Origin: Candidatus Latescibacterota bacterium
GTDB lineage: Bacteria > Latescibacterota > UBA2968 > GCA-2709665
Length of the DNA: 64,000 bases
Assembly (NCBI GenBank): GCA_965219455.1
Contig: OZ244744.1
Coordinates: forward strand, 2,304,001 to 2,368,000
Direction: 5' to 3'
Below the pieces are notes generated by a model. That model did not search any database, was not told the DNA's origin, and worked only from the letters and a program-made list of their open reading frames with translations. Shown in pieces: positions 9,209-18,460 of this stretch. The first letter of the stretch is position 1. Each line of letters starts with the position of its first letter. The position numbers were made by a program, and so were the translations under genes.

Positions 9209-9790
9209 ATGAGACGTCGAACAACCCGGCAACCGCTCTTAATACCTTTCGCCTTTTTTTCGGCAATGGCGGTTCTCTTTCTTGGCTCTCCGGCGTCGGC
9301 CGGGTCCTTCAAGGCCGGCGGCGGGATGTTCTTCAACAATAATGAACCAGGGGGGGGCATCTCTGTCGACCTGGGCGATGAGGGGTTGGCGCTTTCGCCG
9401 TTTGTGGATTATTTCGGCAAATCCGGCTCCCGCTTTTTCGGCGGCGGGCTTAATGTCGTTGCTAAACGGGCCGGGGGCGAGCAGTCGCAACTCTATATTG
9501 GCGTGGGCGGAGGCATCGCCTCCGTCGACGTGGAAGAAAGTTCGGCCGGCATTACCGGTTCGGCGTCAAAAACACAGGCAATGGCGGATCTCGTGCTGGG
9601 TCTCGAGTTCGACCTGCACGAAAATATCGGAGGTTTCCTGCAGGTAAAATGGCTGGGGACTTTCGGCGGCGGCCGGGTGGACATTACGGGTCAGATTGAA
9701 GGAAGGACCGTTACGATTCCGGACGCGATCGACCTGGAACTCAGAAATTTCGCGACCCAGGCCGGCATCACGATCGATTTCTGGCGTTGA
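9209..9790 (+). CDS. Outer-membrane beta-barrel protein (paralog 1)
   Basis: Signal peptide (ASA), alternating hydrophobic strands, YIGVGGG, terminal QAGITIDF; ATG 9209 with GGAGG. Confidence 0.7.
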   Translation: MRRRTTRQPLLIPFAFFSAMAVLFLGSPASAGSFKAGGGMFFNNNEPGGGISVDLGDEGLALSPFVDYFGKSGSRFFGGGLNVVAKRAGGEQSQLYIGVGGGIASVDVEESSAGITGSASKTQAMADLVLGLEFDLHENIGGFLQVKWLGTFGGGRVDITGQIEGRTVTIPDAIDLELRNFATQAGITIDFWR

Positions 9791-10097
9791 CAGGCATTTC
9801 TTTCGGGTGACCAAAACGGTCCACGACGTCCGGCAATCGGGCTCCGGTCCCGGCGGAAGACATCCAGGGAACAATTGATCTGTTCCGTATCAAACTATCC
9901 GTTTCGTCGGGCCCGCCTTTAAAGCGAGTGGTGAATAGAAAAAGTCCATTGGATAACGACGGTTGAAGCCCGAATGTTTGGCCGGCGGTTTTTGGGTTGA
10001 TTTTTGGCGGTATTTTGTCGATCATTGTTGGTGTCGAACCGTTCCTGTATCCTACCGATCCATTGGTCAATGCCGCACCAGACCCAGGGAGGCTTGA

Positions 10098-10700
10098 ATG
10101 CACGCGTTGATCCGCGTTCTCTTAGTCATTGGCTTTACTGCAATGCTCACCACCTCGACCGCGTGGGCGCAGCATGCGCTCAAGCTGGGCGGAGGTATAC
10201 ACCTTGACGAAGAAACGCCGGGGATAGGACTCGCGTACGACATCAGTGCCTCGGAAGGGTTGGTTGCGTTTTCTCCATTTGTCGATTTCTTCTCCAAATC
10301 CGCCAATACGGTCTTCGGGGGCGGGTTGAACCTGATCGTGAAGCGTCCTGTGGGTGAAAAAGGCGTCTTCTTCTTCGGCGGCGGGGGTGGGTTCGGCAGT
10401 GTGAAGGACACGCAGGAATTCGATGTTGACATAGGCGAAACCACCGATTTATCGGTAGAGACAGTCGAGGCTTCAAGAACACAGGCAATGGTCAATGTGC
10501 TGATCGGCCTGGAACTTGCCGCCACCGAGAGGGCATCGGTTTTCCTGCAGGCCAAGTGGATTGGCATGTACAGCGGAGAACCCGAAGTCTACCGTCTCTC
10601 CAATGACGAGGAGGTGGCGCCTGAACTGGACGTGAAGAGTTTCGCATTTCAGGTTGGCCTGTCTATCAATATTGGCCAACCGCAAGTTGAAGAATACTAG
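10098..10700 (+). CDS. Outer-membrane beta-barrel protein (paralog 2)
   Basis: Signal peptide (AWA); shares SPFVDFF.KS...FGGGLN, TQAM, FLQAKW and QVGLSINI with paralog 1. Confidence 0.7.
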   Translation: MHALIRVLLVIGFTAMLTTSTAWAQHALKLGGGIHLDEETPGIGLAYDISASEGLVAFSPFVDFFSKSANTVFGGGLNLIVKRPVGEKGVFFFGGGGGFGSVKDTQEFDVDIGETTDLSVETVEASRTQAMVNVLIGLELAATERASVFLQAKWIGMYSGEPEVYRLSNDEEVAPELDVKSFAFQVGLSINIGQPQVEEY

Positions 10701-10864
10701 CAAATCGATCGCGCCTGTAAGTGGGATTCAGACGTGGTCGGCCGCACGCCGCCTGGCGTCAGGTGGCGACCGTAATTTGCGAGCGGTCCGCCCCAAAGAT
10801 GTCTCCGTTGGAAACGGGCAAGACTTATTTCACGCGCCGCCAACGCGCCGCAGGTAATGGAGGT

Positions 10865-11371
10865 ATGATGAGACTTCGAATATTGGCTTTGCTGTCGGGC
10901 TTCGCCTTTCTGGCCGCCACGCCCGTCGCCGCCAGAGACTTCGCGGTGAGTGCGGGTGGGGGAACGCTGTTCAACCCGACCCGGCCGGGCGGTCACTTTT
11001 CGTTCGAGATGTCGCTGAGCGACGAGTATCCCACCCACCTCGCGCCATTCTTCGAGCTGTACAACGATTCAGGCACAAGGATTATCCCGATAGGAATCTC
11101 GCTGCTATACAAACCGCCTCTTTCTGAATACGGCGGCACGATATATTTCGGCGCCGGCGGCGGCGCGTTGCTGGTTCGCGGCCAACCCGGTCCTGGCCTT
11201 GCAACCGGTACAGACGGGATGATCACCGTGGCGGGCGGCTTATCGTTTGGCGTGGGGCCGCGCGCGGGGGTGTTTATGCAGGTGCGCTGGTTTCGATCCT
11301 TCGAAGATCAGACGGCAGAGAACGAAATTGGCATTCAGGCAGGCGTACGCTTCAATCTGAGCGGCGGTTGA
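10865..11371 (+). CDS. Outer-membrane beta-barrel protein (paralog 3)
   Basis: Signal peptide, APFFELY, YFGAGGG, FMQVRW, QAGVRFN; ATG 10865 with GGAGG. Confidence 0.65.
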   Translation: MMRLRILALLSGFAFLAATPVAARDFAVSAGGGTLFNPTRPGGHFSFEMSLSDEYPTHLAPFFELYNDSGTRIIPIGISLLYKPPLSEYGGTIYFGAGGGALLVRGQPGPGLATGTDGMITVAGGLSFGVGPRAGVFMQVRWFRSFEDQTAENEIGIQAGVRFNLSGG

Positions 11372-11407
11372 GTACCGGACAACGCGCGGGTGAACATCGG
11401 TAATTCG

Positions 11408-11446
11408 AAAGCGCCGGAAACCCACTTCAGGGTGCCGGCGCTTTTC
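11408..11446. terminator. Probable bidirectional intrinsic terminator
   Basis: AAAGCGCCGG...CCGGCGCTTTT stem between convergent genes. Confidence 0.5.
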
Positions 11447-11529
11447 GTTTGAATCGCCCATAACGTCAGGATATTCATCCTCGCTGCGACGGGGAGAAAT
11501 ACGGCGTCTAAAGTCCTGTTTCGGCAGAA

Positions 11530-13029
11530 TCAACCCCGGTTGCGGAGCAGATCGACCAGGAGACGCACCCCCACCCCGGTGCCGCCCTTGGGGATATGCG
11601 GCAGGTCTTTGTGCGCCCAGGCGGTGCCGGCAATGTCCAGGTGGGCCCAGGGAAAGCCCTCCACGAAGGCTTCGATGAACGCCGCGCCGGTGATGGCGCC
11701 GCCGCCGCGGCCGCCGGTGTTCTTCAGATCGGCAATATCGCTCTTCATCTCCTCGCGGTGGCCGTCCAGAATGGGAAGGCGCCATGCGATCTCCCCCGTT
11801 CTTTCACCGGCGGCGGCAATTTCGGATGCCAAGGGGTCATCGTTGGAGAAGAGGCCGCTGGCCTCGTGTCCCAGGGCAACGATGCAGGCGCCGGTAAGCG
11901 TGGCCAGATCGATGGCGGCAGAGGGTTTATAGCGGGCGGCATAGGCCACGGCGTCGGCCAGAACCAGGCGGCCCTCGGCGTCTGTGGACCGGATTTCGAT
12001 GGTTTTTCCCAGCAGAGACCGGATAATGTCGCCCGGCTTGAGCGCGCGGCTGCCCGGCATGTTTTCCGAGGCGGCGACCAGGCCGACCGTGTGTACCGGT
12101 AGATTCAGCCTCGCAACGGCCTGCATGGCGCCGATCACGGCAGCGGCACCTCCCATGTCGAATTTCATATCCCACATGCCATCGGATCCCTTGATGGAAA
12201 TACCGCCGGAGTCGAAAGTGATGCCTTTGCCGATAAGCACCACGGGGGCCGCCTCCGGCTCGCCGCCCTCGTGTTCGAGAATGATGAACCTGGGGGGTTC
12301 TGCGCTGCCCTGCGCCACGGACTGGATGGTGCGCATGCCTTCGCTGGCAATCCGCGCCTCGTCGAAGACCTCGCACCTCATGCCCGTTTCAAGGGCCATC
12401 GTTTCGGCGCGGTCGGCGAGTACGGCGGGCGTCATTTCGTTCCCCGGATGACTGCCCAGATCCCGGGCAAGACAGGCGGCTTCGGCAATAATTCGCCCTG
12501 CATCCGACCCTTTCCCAACGTCGGTCTGCTTGCCTGCGTCGAATTCGACCAGCGTCAGCTGTTCGAGGTCGTTGGCGTCTTCGTCTTCCCCGCTCTTGTA
12601 TGGGGTGAAGCGGTAGGTGCCGAGAATGGCGCCTTCGACAACGGCCTGCGTGGCGGCGGCGACGTCCATGCCGCCCGTCCCACCCCCGTGAACCACGGTG
12701 GCCAGGTGTCCCGCGCCGAGGCTGCGCGCACGCTGCGCCGCAGCCGCGGAGACCTGCCGGACCCGGTCGAGCGTGAATTCCTCGCGTTTACCCAGACCCA
12801 CAAGGAGGAGGCGCTTTGCGGAAATGCCATCCCGTGGATATAGTACGGCAATCTGTTTGAACTTGCCGGTGAAGTCACCGTCGGAGATCAGGTTCCGGAT
12901 CTGGCCGTTCAGTGCCGCATCCGCGGCGCCCGTGGCGCCACCGGGTTCCGTGACACCCTCGAAGAGATTCAGCGCAATGGCTTCCGCATCCCGTTCCAGG
13001 ATGTTTTCGATCGCAACAGATATGTTCAC
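11530..13029 (-). CDS. pepA: Leucyl aminopeptidase (M17)
   Basis: GKGITFDSGG, MKFDMGG, TDAEGRL, ATLTGA, WAHLDIAG; GTG 13029 with AAAGGAGG. Confidence 0.95.
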   Translation of the reverse strand: MNISVAIENILERDAEAIALNLFEGVTEPGGATGAADAALNGQIRNLISDGDFTGKFKQIAVLYPRDGISAKRLLLVGLGKREEFTLDRVRQVSAAAAQRARSLGAGHLATVVHGGGTGGMDVAAATQAVVEGAILGTYRFTPYKSGEDEDANDLEQLTLVEFDAGKQTDVGKGSDAGRIIAEAACLARDLGSHPGNEMTPAVLADRAETMALETGMRCEVFDEARIASEGMRTIQSVAQGSAEPPRFIILEHEGGEPEAAPVVLIGKGITFDSGGISIKGSDGMWDMKFDMGGAAAVIGAMQAVARLNLPVHTVGLVAASENMPGSRALKPGDIIRSLLGKTIEIRSTDAEGRLVLADAVAYAARYKPSAAIDLATLTGACIVALGHEASGLFSNDDPLASEIAAAGERTGEIAWRLPILDGHREEMKSDIADLKNTGGRGGGAITGAAFIEAFVEGFPWAHLDIAGTAWAHKDLPHIPKGGTGVGVRLLVDLLRNRG

Positions 13030-13042
13030 AAAACCTCCTTTA

Positions 13043-13100
13043 GTGTCCCGTCCCGGAAATAGATTGCCAGACCTCGGTATTGATTTCTTCCGGACGCAAT
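13043..13100. repeat. Short inverted-repeat element (degenerate copy, opposite orientation)
   Basis: GTGTCCCGTCCCGGAAATAGATTGCC shared with elements at 34827, 37698 and 60355. Confidence 0.55.
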
Positions 13101-13172
13101 GGCCTTTCCGGGTTGTTCGTGTGGCGGACTCGACGGTTGTTCGGGGCCGGTGCGGTCGCGGCGCATCCAAAC

Positions 13173-13811
13173 CTACCACACGCCTGAATGCCCCACGATA
13201 AAGGGATTGCTCACTTTCTCACGGCCAACGGTGGTGAAGGGCCCATGTCCGGGATAGACCCTCGTCTCGTCGTTCAGAATCAGGATCTTTTCCCGTATTG
13301 ATCTGAGCAGAAGGTCCACGTCGCCGCCCGGCAGGTCGGTGCGGCCGATGGAGCCGGCAAAAAGTGAGTCCCCCACAATCGCGTGCCCCGGCCACTTGAG
13401 GGTGATATTGCCGCGGGCGTGGCCCGGCGTGTGGACAATCTCGAGGGTTTCTCCACCCATTCTGACGACATCGCCCTCTTCGAGAAAACGATCGATACGC
13501 GGCGGCGGATCTGCGTCCATACCTATGGATCCGGCGATTTCGACCAGGTTTTCAACCTCGAAGCGGTCTGCGGGATGAATGGCAAAGGGGGCGCCGGTTT
13601 CACGAACCGCGGAGGACGCATGCGCAATGTGGTCGTAATGCCCATGGGTGGCTATGACTTCCACAACGCGGATGTCGTCTTCCAGGACCAGCTCAATGAC
13701 GTCCGGGATGTTGTCGCCCGGATCGACGATGATACCCTCGAGGGTCTTTTCGCAGGCCAGGACGAAACAGTTTACCTGCAGCGGACCGACCACGATTGAT
13801 TTGAAGATCAA
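13173..13811 (-). CDS. MBL-fold metallo-hydrolase (glyoxalase II-like)
   Basis: THGHYDH, HTPGH, GDSLF, GRTD, PGHG. Confidence 0.92.
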   Translation of the reverse strand: MIFKSIVVGPLQVNCFVLACEKTLEGIIVDPGDNIPDVIELVLEDDIRVVEVIATHGHYDHIAHASSAVRETGAPFAIHPADRFEVENLVEIAGSIGMDADPPPRIDRFLEEGDVVRMGGETLEIVHTPGHARGNITLKWPGHAIVGDSLFAGSIGRTDLPGGDVDLLLRSIREKILILNDETRVYPGHGPFTTVGREKVSNPFIVGHSGVW

Positions 13812-13863
13812 GAACTACCTCTATAAAATGATTCCACTGGAGCGTTTCGTTACCCGTGCGGTA

Positions 13864-14148
13864 GAATCTCCTCAGTGGAGTAGACTGGCGACTGTGCCCT
13901 TCGTACGCGTATAGACAAATCGTGCTTCGGTGCTGAACGGAATTGCGTGGAAAAACCCCCCACGCGACCACCGGACGGTTGTGAGGTAGTCCGGATCGGA
14001 CCGCCAAATGGATTTGCGTTTGTGCCGCCTGTCAGTGGCCGTTGACTGCTGTATTTCCTTTGTGTCTTCGTGTCTCCGTGTGAGGCCGATTTTCCGGGTT
14101 TTGCACCCCCTTTCCTTCAGGAGAGGGGGCCGGGGGGAGAGGTCCCGC
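13864..14148. repeat. Partial copy of foldback repeat family plus G-rich end motif
   Basis: GAATCTCCTCAGTGG...GACTGTGCCCT.CGTAC...CGTGGAAAAACCCCC...GTGAGGTAG aligns with 33268-33432; GAGGGGGCCGGGGGGAGAGGTCCCGC at 14123 is identical to 62575. Confidence 0.7.
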
Positions 14149-14151
14149 CAC

Positions 14152-15480
14152 TTATCCCTCGAGGCCTTCCTCTCCAGCGTGGATGGACGCCAGCACCCAC
14201 GGATCCCGGGTCCCGACCCGGAACGCCTTTACTTTCCGACGCATCGCTTCCGCGACGTCCGCGACCTCCGGATCGTGAATTATATTGGTCGATTCTACCG
14301 GATCGGCTTCAACGTCGAACAATGCCTCTCCATCCTGGTGCAGGAATCGCTCGGTGGGCCGCTGCCCCATCATCCCGATTCCCTCCGACAGGATTGACTG
14401 CCACGTCGGAGACGCCCACAGATCGCCCGGTATCGGCGTTGTCAACTCCGGATAGAGATTACGCACGTATTTGTACTTTCGCCCCCTCAACACACGATAC
14501 GGATAGTAGTTCGTCACCTCGTGGAACGAATGCGAAAAGAACGTCTCCTCCCATCCTACCGGATGCGCCTCGTCCAGAATCGGGAGCAGCGAGCGTTCCG
14601 GAAGCCCTTCCGGCCCTTCCACCCCGCACCACTCCAGAACCGTCGGTGCGATATTGCACCAGTTCACAAGCGCATCGCACCGCACGGACGCCTTGCCTGG
14701 CCGCACCAGGATTAGCGGACAACGATGTCCGGAGTCAAACGACGACCCCTTCGCACCGGGAAACGGCATCCCATGGTCGCTCATCACGACAATCAACGTA
14801 TCCTCCGCCCGGCCGGCGGCCTCCAGCGCGTCCACCGCCATCCCGATACCCTGATCCAGCCTGGATATCGACTGATAATACGCCGCCAGCTCGCACCGTA
14901 CAGCGGGATGGTCGGGCAGGAAATCGGGCACGACCACCTCTTCCGGCGAATAAAACACCTCGTCCACCTCCGGATAGGTCCCCCGATTTCCGAAATCCCG
15001 GTGCGGATCTCCGAATCCCATATGCAGATAGAAGGGCCTGTCGCCCGTTTGCGATAAGAACGCCCCGGCCTGCCTGGCCATCTCCGCTACGTTCCGCGTT
15101 CCGCCGCTCACCTGTTCCCCGTTATACGTCCACGGATATACCTCTCCGGGCTGTACGTGCAGCTTGCCCACGATCCCGGTCGCAAACCCCGCCGATCCGA
15201 GGGTCCGGGGGATGGAGGGCATGGACAGATGCGTATGGAAATTGTGGATCCCATGCGTATGCCCGTACTGCCCGTGGGTATGGCTGTAATGTCCCGTCAA
15301 CACGCACGCCCGGCTGGCCGCACAGGATGGCGTGGTACAGAACGCCCGGGTAAACACCGTTCCACGAGACGCAAGTGCGTCCACGTTCGGCGTCCGGATC
15401 GCCGAATTCCCGTAACATCCGGCAATCGGGCTCCAGTCGTCCGCAATTAACAAAAGAACGCTGCGATGGTCTGTCGTCAT
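14152..15480 (-). CDS. Sulfatase (N-sulfoglucosamine sulfohydrolase-like)
   Basis: IADD, CAASRA formylglycine motif, GKLH, SDHG. Confidence 0.9.
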   Translation of the reverse strand: MTTDHRSVLLLIADDWSPIAGCYGNSAIRTPNVDALASRGTVFTRAFCTTPSCAASRACVLTGHYSHTHGQYGHTHGIHNFHTHLSMPSIPRTLGSAGFATGIVGKLHVQPGEVYPWTYNGEQVSGGTRNVAEMARQAGAFLSQTGDRPFYLHMGFGDPHRDFGNRGTYPEVDEVFYSPEEVVVPDFLPDHPAVRCELAAYYQSISRLDQGIGMAVDALEAAGRAEDTLIVVMSDHGMPFPGAKGSSFDSGHRCPLILVRPGKASVRCDALVNWCNIAPTVLEWCGVEGPEGLPERSLLPILDEAHPVGWEETFFSHSFHEVTNYYPYRVLRGRKYKYVRNLYPELTTPIPGDLWASPTWQSILSEGIGMMGQRPTERFLHQDGEALFDVEADPVESTNIIHDPEVADVAEAMRRKVKAFRVGTRDPWVLASIHAGEEGLEG

Positions 15481-15544
15481 GGCGGTCCCTCTTTGAGTTT
15501 CCCAAGAGTGAATCGGCTTGTCAGGCCGGGTGAGATCATTTATC

Positions 15545-15988
15545 TTAACCGCGGTCCGGCGCAGGTACGGGGGACCCCAGCACCCTGTCTTTCAACGCCG
15601 TGTTCTCCCCGGTATTGATTTTCCACAACAGATACACCATTAACAAAACGCCGGCGGCGTCATACAGCACGTCGGTCCAGGTTCCGAGGCGCTCCGGCAC
15701 GGAATTCTGATGGAACTCATCGGCCACACCGTAACAGACGGAAAGCACCGCGCTCCATGCCAGGCATGGGCCGAACCGCCGCGGCTCTGTCCGGATTGAC
15801 CGCAGCCAGAGATACGTCAGAACCGCATATTCGGCCAGATGCGCGAGCTTGCGAACGGTATAATTCAAGACACCCAGATATTCACCCGTGGCATCCGCGG
15901 ACATCCCGAAAGCCAGCCATCTGCTCGACATCAGAAAAATCAACCCCATCCAACCCGCCAGCACAATTCGCCACCGTCTGACTGTCAA
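15545..15988 (-). CDS. VanZ family membrane protein
   Basis: RKLAHLAEY, DEFHQ..VPER, DV..D. Confidence 0.88.
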   Translation of the reverse strand: MTVRRWRIVLAGWMGLIFLMSSRWLAFGMSADATGEYLGVLNYTVRKLAHLAEYAVLTYLWLRSIRTEPRRFGPCLAWSAVLSVCYGVADEFHQNSVPERLGTWTDVLYDAAGVLLMVYLLWKINTGENTALKDRVLGSPVPAPDRG

Positions 15989-16140
15989 TCTGACCTCGAT
16001 TCGGTGTTTAGTCTGTTTACCTCGTCAACCGATCTCTAAGATCGTCTTTTGACAAAATCGCGTCAAGCACAAACGCGGCCGTTAACCGATTCTGCGCGGC
16101 GCGTCTGTCTGCCGGGTACCAGCAATCCGGAGTTTCCGCA

Positions 16141-16815
16141 ATGCACGCCTATCAGCAAGATTTCATGGACTTCCTCATTGAGACCCGCGCCCTCCGCTTC
16201 GGCAAATTCACACTAAAGAGCGGCAGAAGGTCGCCCTACTTCCTCAACGCCGGCCAATTCAACACCGGTGCGGAAATCGAGCGGCTCGGCTATTACTACG
16301 CTTGCGCCATTCGTGAGTTCGACGTCGAACCCACACTTGTTTTCGGCCCTGCGTACAAAGGCATCCCCCTGTGCATCGCCGCGGCCATTGCGCTCCGACA
16401 GCGGTTTGACATGGATACGTACTATGGCTTCGACCGGAAAGAGATCAAGGAACATGGCGAGGGGGGTTGGCTGGTAGGCAAGGAACCCGACGGGCTGGAC
16501 CGCGTCGTACTGGTAGACGACGTCGTTACCGACGGCGCCACCAAAATCCAAATGATCGACCGACTTAAGGCAAGGTGCAGCGCCCGGATATCGGGCCTGG
16601 TCATCGCTCTGGACCGCAAAGAAAAAAATACTGACGGCGAAGATGCCGTTGCGGCTCTCCAGATCGCCGCGGGCGTACCCGTCCGATCCATTATCACCAT
16701 CCACGACATCCTCGAATACCTGCCCGGCCGCAGCATCAACGGACGAATCGCCCTCACATCCCACCTGAAACGACAAATCGAAACCTACCTCGACGACCAC
16801 GGGGCCGCCGTGTAG
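16141..16815 (+). CDS. pyrE: Orotate phosphoribosyltransferase
   Basis: FGKFTLKSGRRSPYF, GPAYKGIP, RKEIKEHGEGG, VDDVVTDG. Confidence 0.95.
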   Translation: MHAYQQDFMDFLIETRALRFGKFTLKSGRRSPYFLNAGQFNTGAEIERLGYYYACAIREFDVEPTLVFGPAYKGIPLCIAAAIALRQRFDMDTYYGFDRKEIKEHGEGGWLVGKEPDGLDRVVLVDDVVTDGATKIQMIDRLKARCSARISGLVIALDRKEKNTDGEDAVAALQIAAGVPVRSIITIHDILEYLPGRSINGRIALTSHLKRQIETYLDDHGAAV

Positions 16816-16964
16816 ACGAATCGGCCGTAACGCCGTCGATATCGACGATTCTCTTCAAAAACCCCTCGATAGCAGTTGCCAGGTTTATTTTTGAAATCCG
16901 AACGAAAGCCGGCGGTATGGCTTTATTTGGGAACTACATACAATGTTAGCCGGTGACAAACAAA

Positions 16965-16992
16965 AAAAGGTCCCGATGAGAGGGGCCTTTAA
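16965..16992. terminator. Probable intrinsic terminator
   Basis: A-tract followed by AAAGGTCCC...GGGGCCTTT stem. Confidence 0.4.
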
Positions 16993-17425
16993 TATTTCAG
17001 TTTCAACTGTTACTAGCTTAGGAAGACCTACTGCACAAGAATAAGAACCAGCTCAAGACGAGGAATGAGAATCTTTATCCTGAGTCGGTTCGATTCTAGA
17101 AACGACGTTTCGGAAGGTTATGAGAAACCGTTCAACCCTTAAACTAGCGGGATGGTGTGGGTCAGTGTTAGACATCAGTTCAGTCAGACCCGAACACAAA
17201 ACGTCCTAGAATTTTTCCAATTGATTTTGTTCGTCGCCTGCTGAATTGATGGCGAGGATTACAGCCTCGATAATGGATGCCGCGATAATCTGGTCATAGT
17301 AAAGCTCATCATGTTCAAGCGTATTCATTTACCGTCTTCGTTCGGACGGACCGGCAGATGGGCATCGTGGTTTCAGGGATCGTTGGTAAGAGGCTAATAT
17401 ATAAGGACTTGAAAGAATCGACATT

Positions 17426-18022
17426 TTAATATTCAGAGATTTTCCGTAGAAATGAAGCCACTGGTCGAAGGATATTGCCCTGTCTTTCAGAAAAGCGCCT
17501 ATCAGATTCTTGAGGGGCATTGACGTAATCATCTCGGTGATCTCGGATAAGTTGTGGCAACGAACCTTTTTTGTTTTCTGGAAATCCCTTGTTTTTCATG
17601 CAGATTATATAATAGCAGAGGGCTCTCGCTGTTCGTCCGTTGCCGTTTACAAATGGATGTATCCAGTTCAATCGCCACAAGGCAAGAGCCGCAAGCATTA
17701 TCGCACTCGACGTATCCCAATACGTGTTGAGGACTTCGATCATATCGTCCATGAGACCTTTAACCTTTTCAGGGCGAGGGGGGATGTGATTTCCTACTTC
17801 TACCTCTATAGGTCTGTATTCTCCTGCATTGTCATGCAGGCAGGCAATAGCGTGATGATTTAGTGCACAGATCAATCCCTGGGATACCTCAAACCAATGG
17901 GATTCTAACGCTGCGACGATGATCGAATCCAGAAAATCGTATTGTCTCTCAAGAGAGGAAGCCGATAACTTCCTGTAGATTGGGTGGTGCTCGCTGCGGC
18001 CAACTAAGTCAAAGAGGATCAT
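17426..18022 (-). CDS. Fic family protein
   Basis: HPFVNGNGRTAR Fic motif; AGEYR..EV.VG flap. Confidence 0.9.
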   Translation of the reverse strand: MILFDLVGRSEHHPIYRKLSASSLERQYDFLDSIIVAALESHWFEVSQGLICALNHHAIACLHDNAGEYRPIEVEVGNHIPPRPEKVKGLMDDMIEVLNTYWDTSSAIMLAALALWRLNWIHPFVNGNGRTARALCYYIICMKNKGFPENKKGSLPQLIRDHRDDYVNAPQESDRRFSERQGNILRPVASFLRKISEY

Positions 18023-18024
18023 TA

Positions 18025-18237
18025 TTAATCATTCTCTTCAAGAAGCTCCTTTACATCCTCCATAGACAAGTTCATGCGTGCTGGAAGATTCCCATACACA
18101 AAAGCAATACGCTGCTGCCGCTTTTGTTCCTTAGTGCGATGCAGAGTATAGGTTTCCCCTAAATCAGAATCGGGCACATCGTATTCTTGGGCTTCTCGCA
18201 ATATATCAACGCATTTTATTTCTTTTTTGGCCGTCAT
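18025..18237 (-). CDS. Small protein upstream of Fic, putative antitoxin
   Basis: 70 aa, GGAGG RBS, 2-bp gap to the fic start, helical C-terminus QRIAFVYGNL. Confidence 0.6.
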   Translation of the reverse strand: MTAKKEIKCVDILREAQEYDVPDSDLGETYTLHRTKEQKRQQRIAFVYGNLPARMNLSMEDVKELLEEND

Positions 18238-18280
18238 CCGTCACCTCCGTCCGAAAAGGTAGATTCTTCCGTGTCGGAAA

Positions 18281-18309
18281 AGTATAGCACAATACGTGAA
18301 AAAATCCAA
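18281..18309 (-). promoter_or_regulatory. sigma70 promoter of antitoxin-fic operon
   Basis: Minus strand TTGGAT-17 bp-TATACT with extended TG. Confidence 0.55.
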
Positions 18310-18460
18310 GGGTTGTGTGACTGTTTGCTAATTACTGTCGAAAAATAGCATGTTCTTTCATCGCCCCCACAGGCGAAGCCAAAAGCAGTGCCGGAACCAG
18401 CACGACAGCAAGCCGTGACATAAGACCTCCCACATATATATTTCCCCTTTATTTTAATTC

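Noticed and set aside
13830-13885. Minus-strand CTGAGGAG...CGAAAC resembling a hammerhead ribozyme core
   Set aside because: No proper stem III or NUH cleavage triplet; the homologous copy at 33268 reads CTGAGGGG and lacks the GAAAC arrangement.
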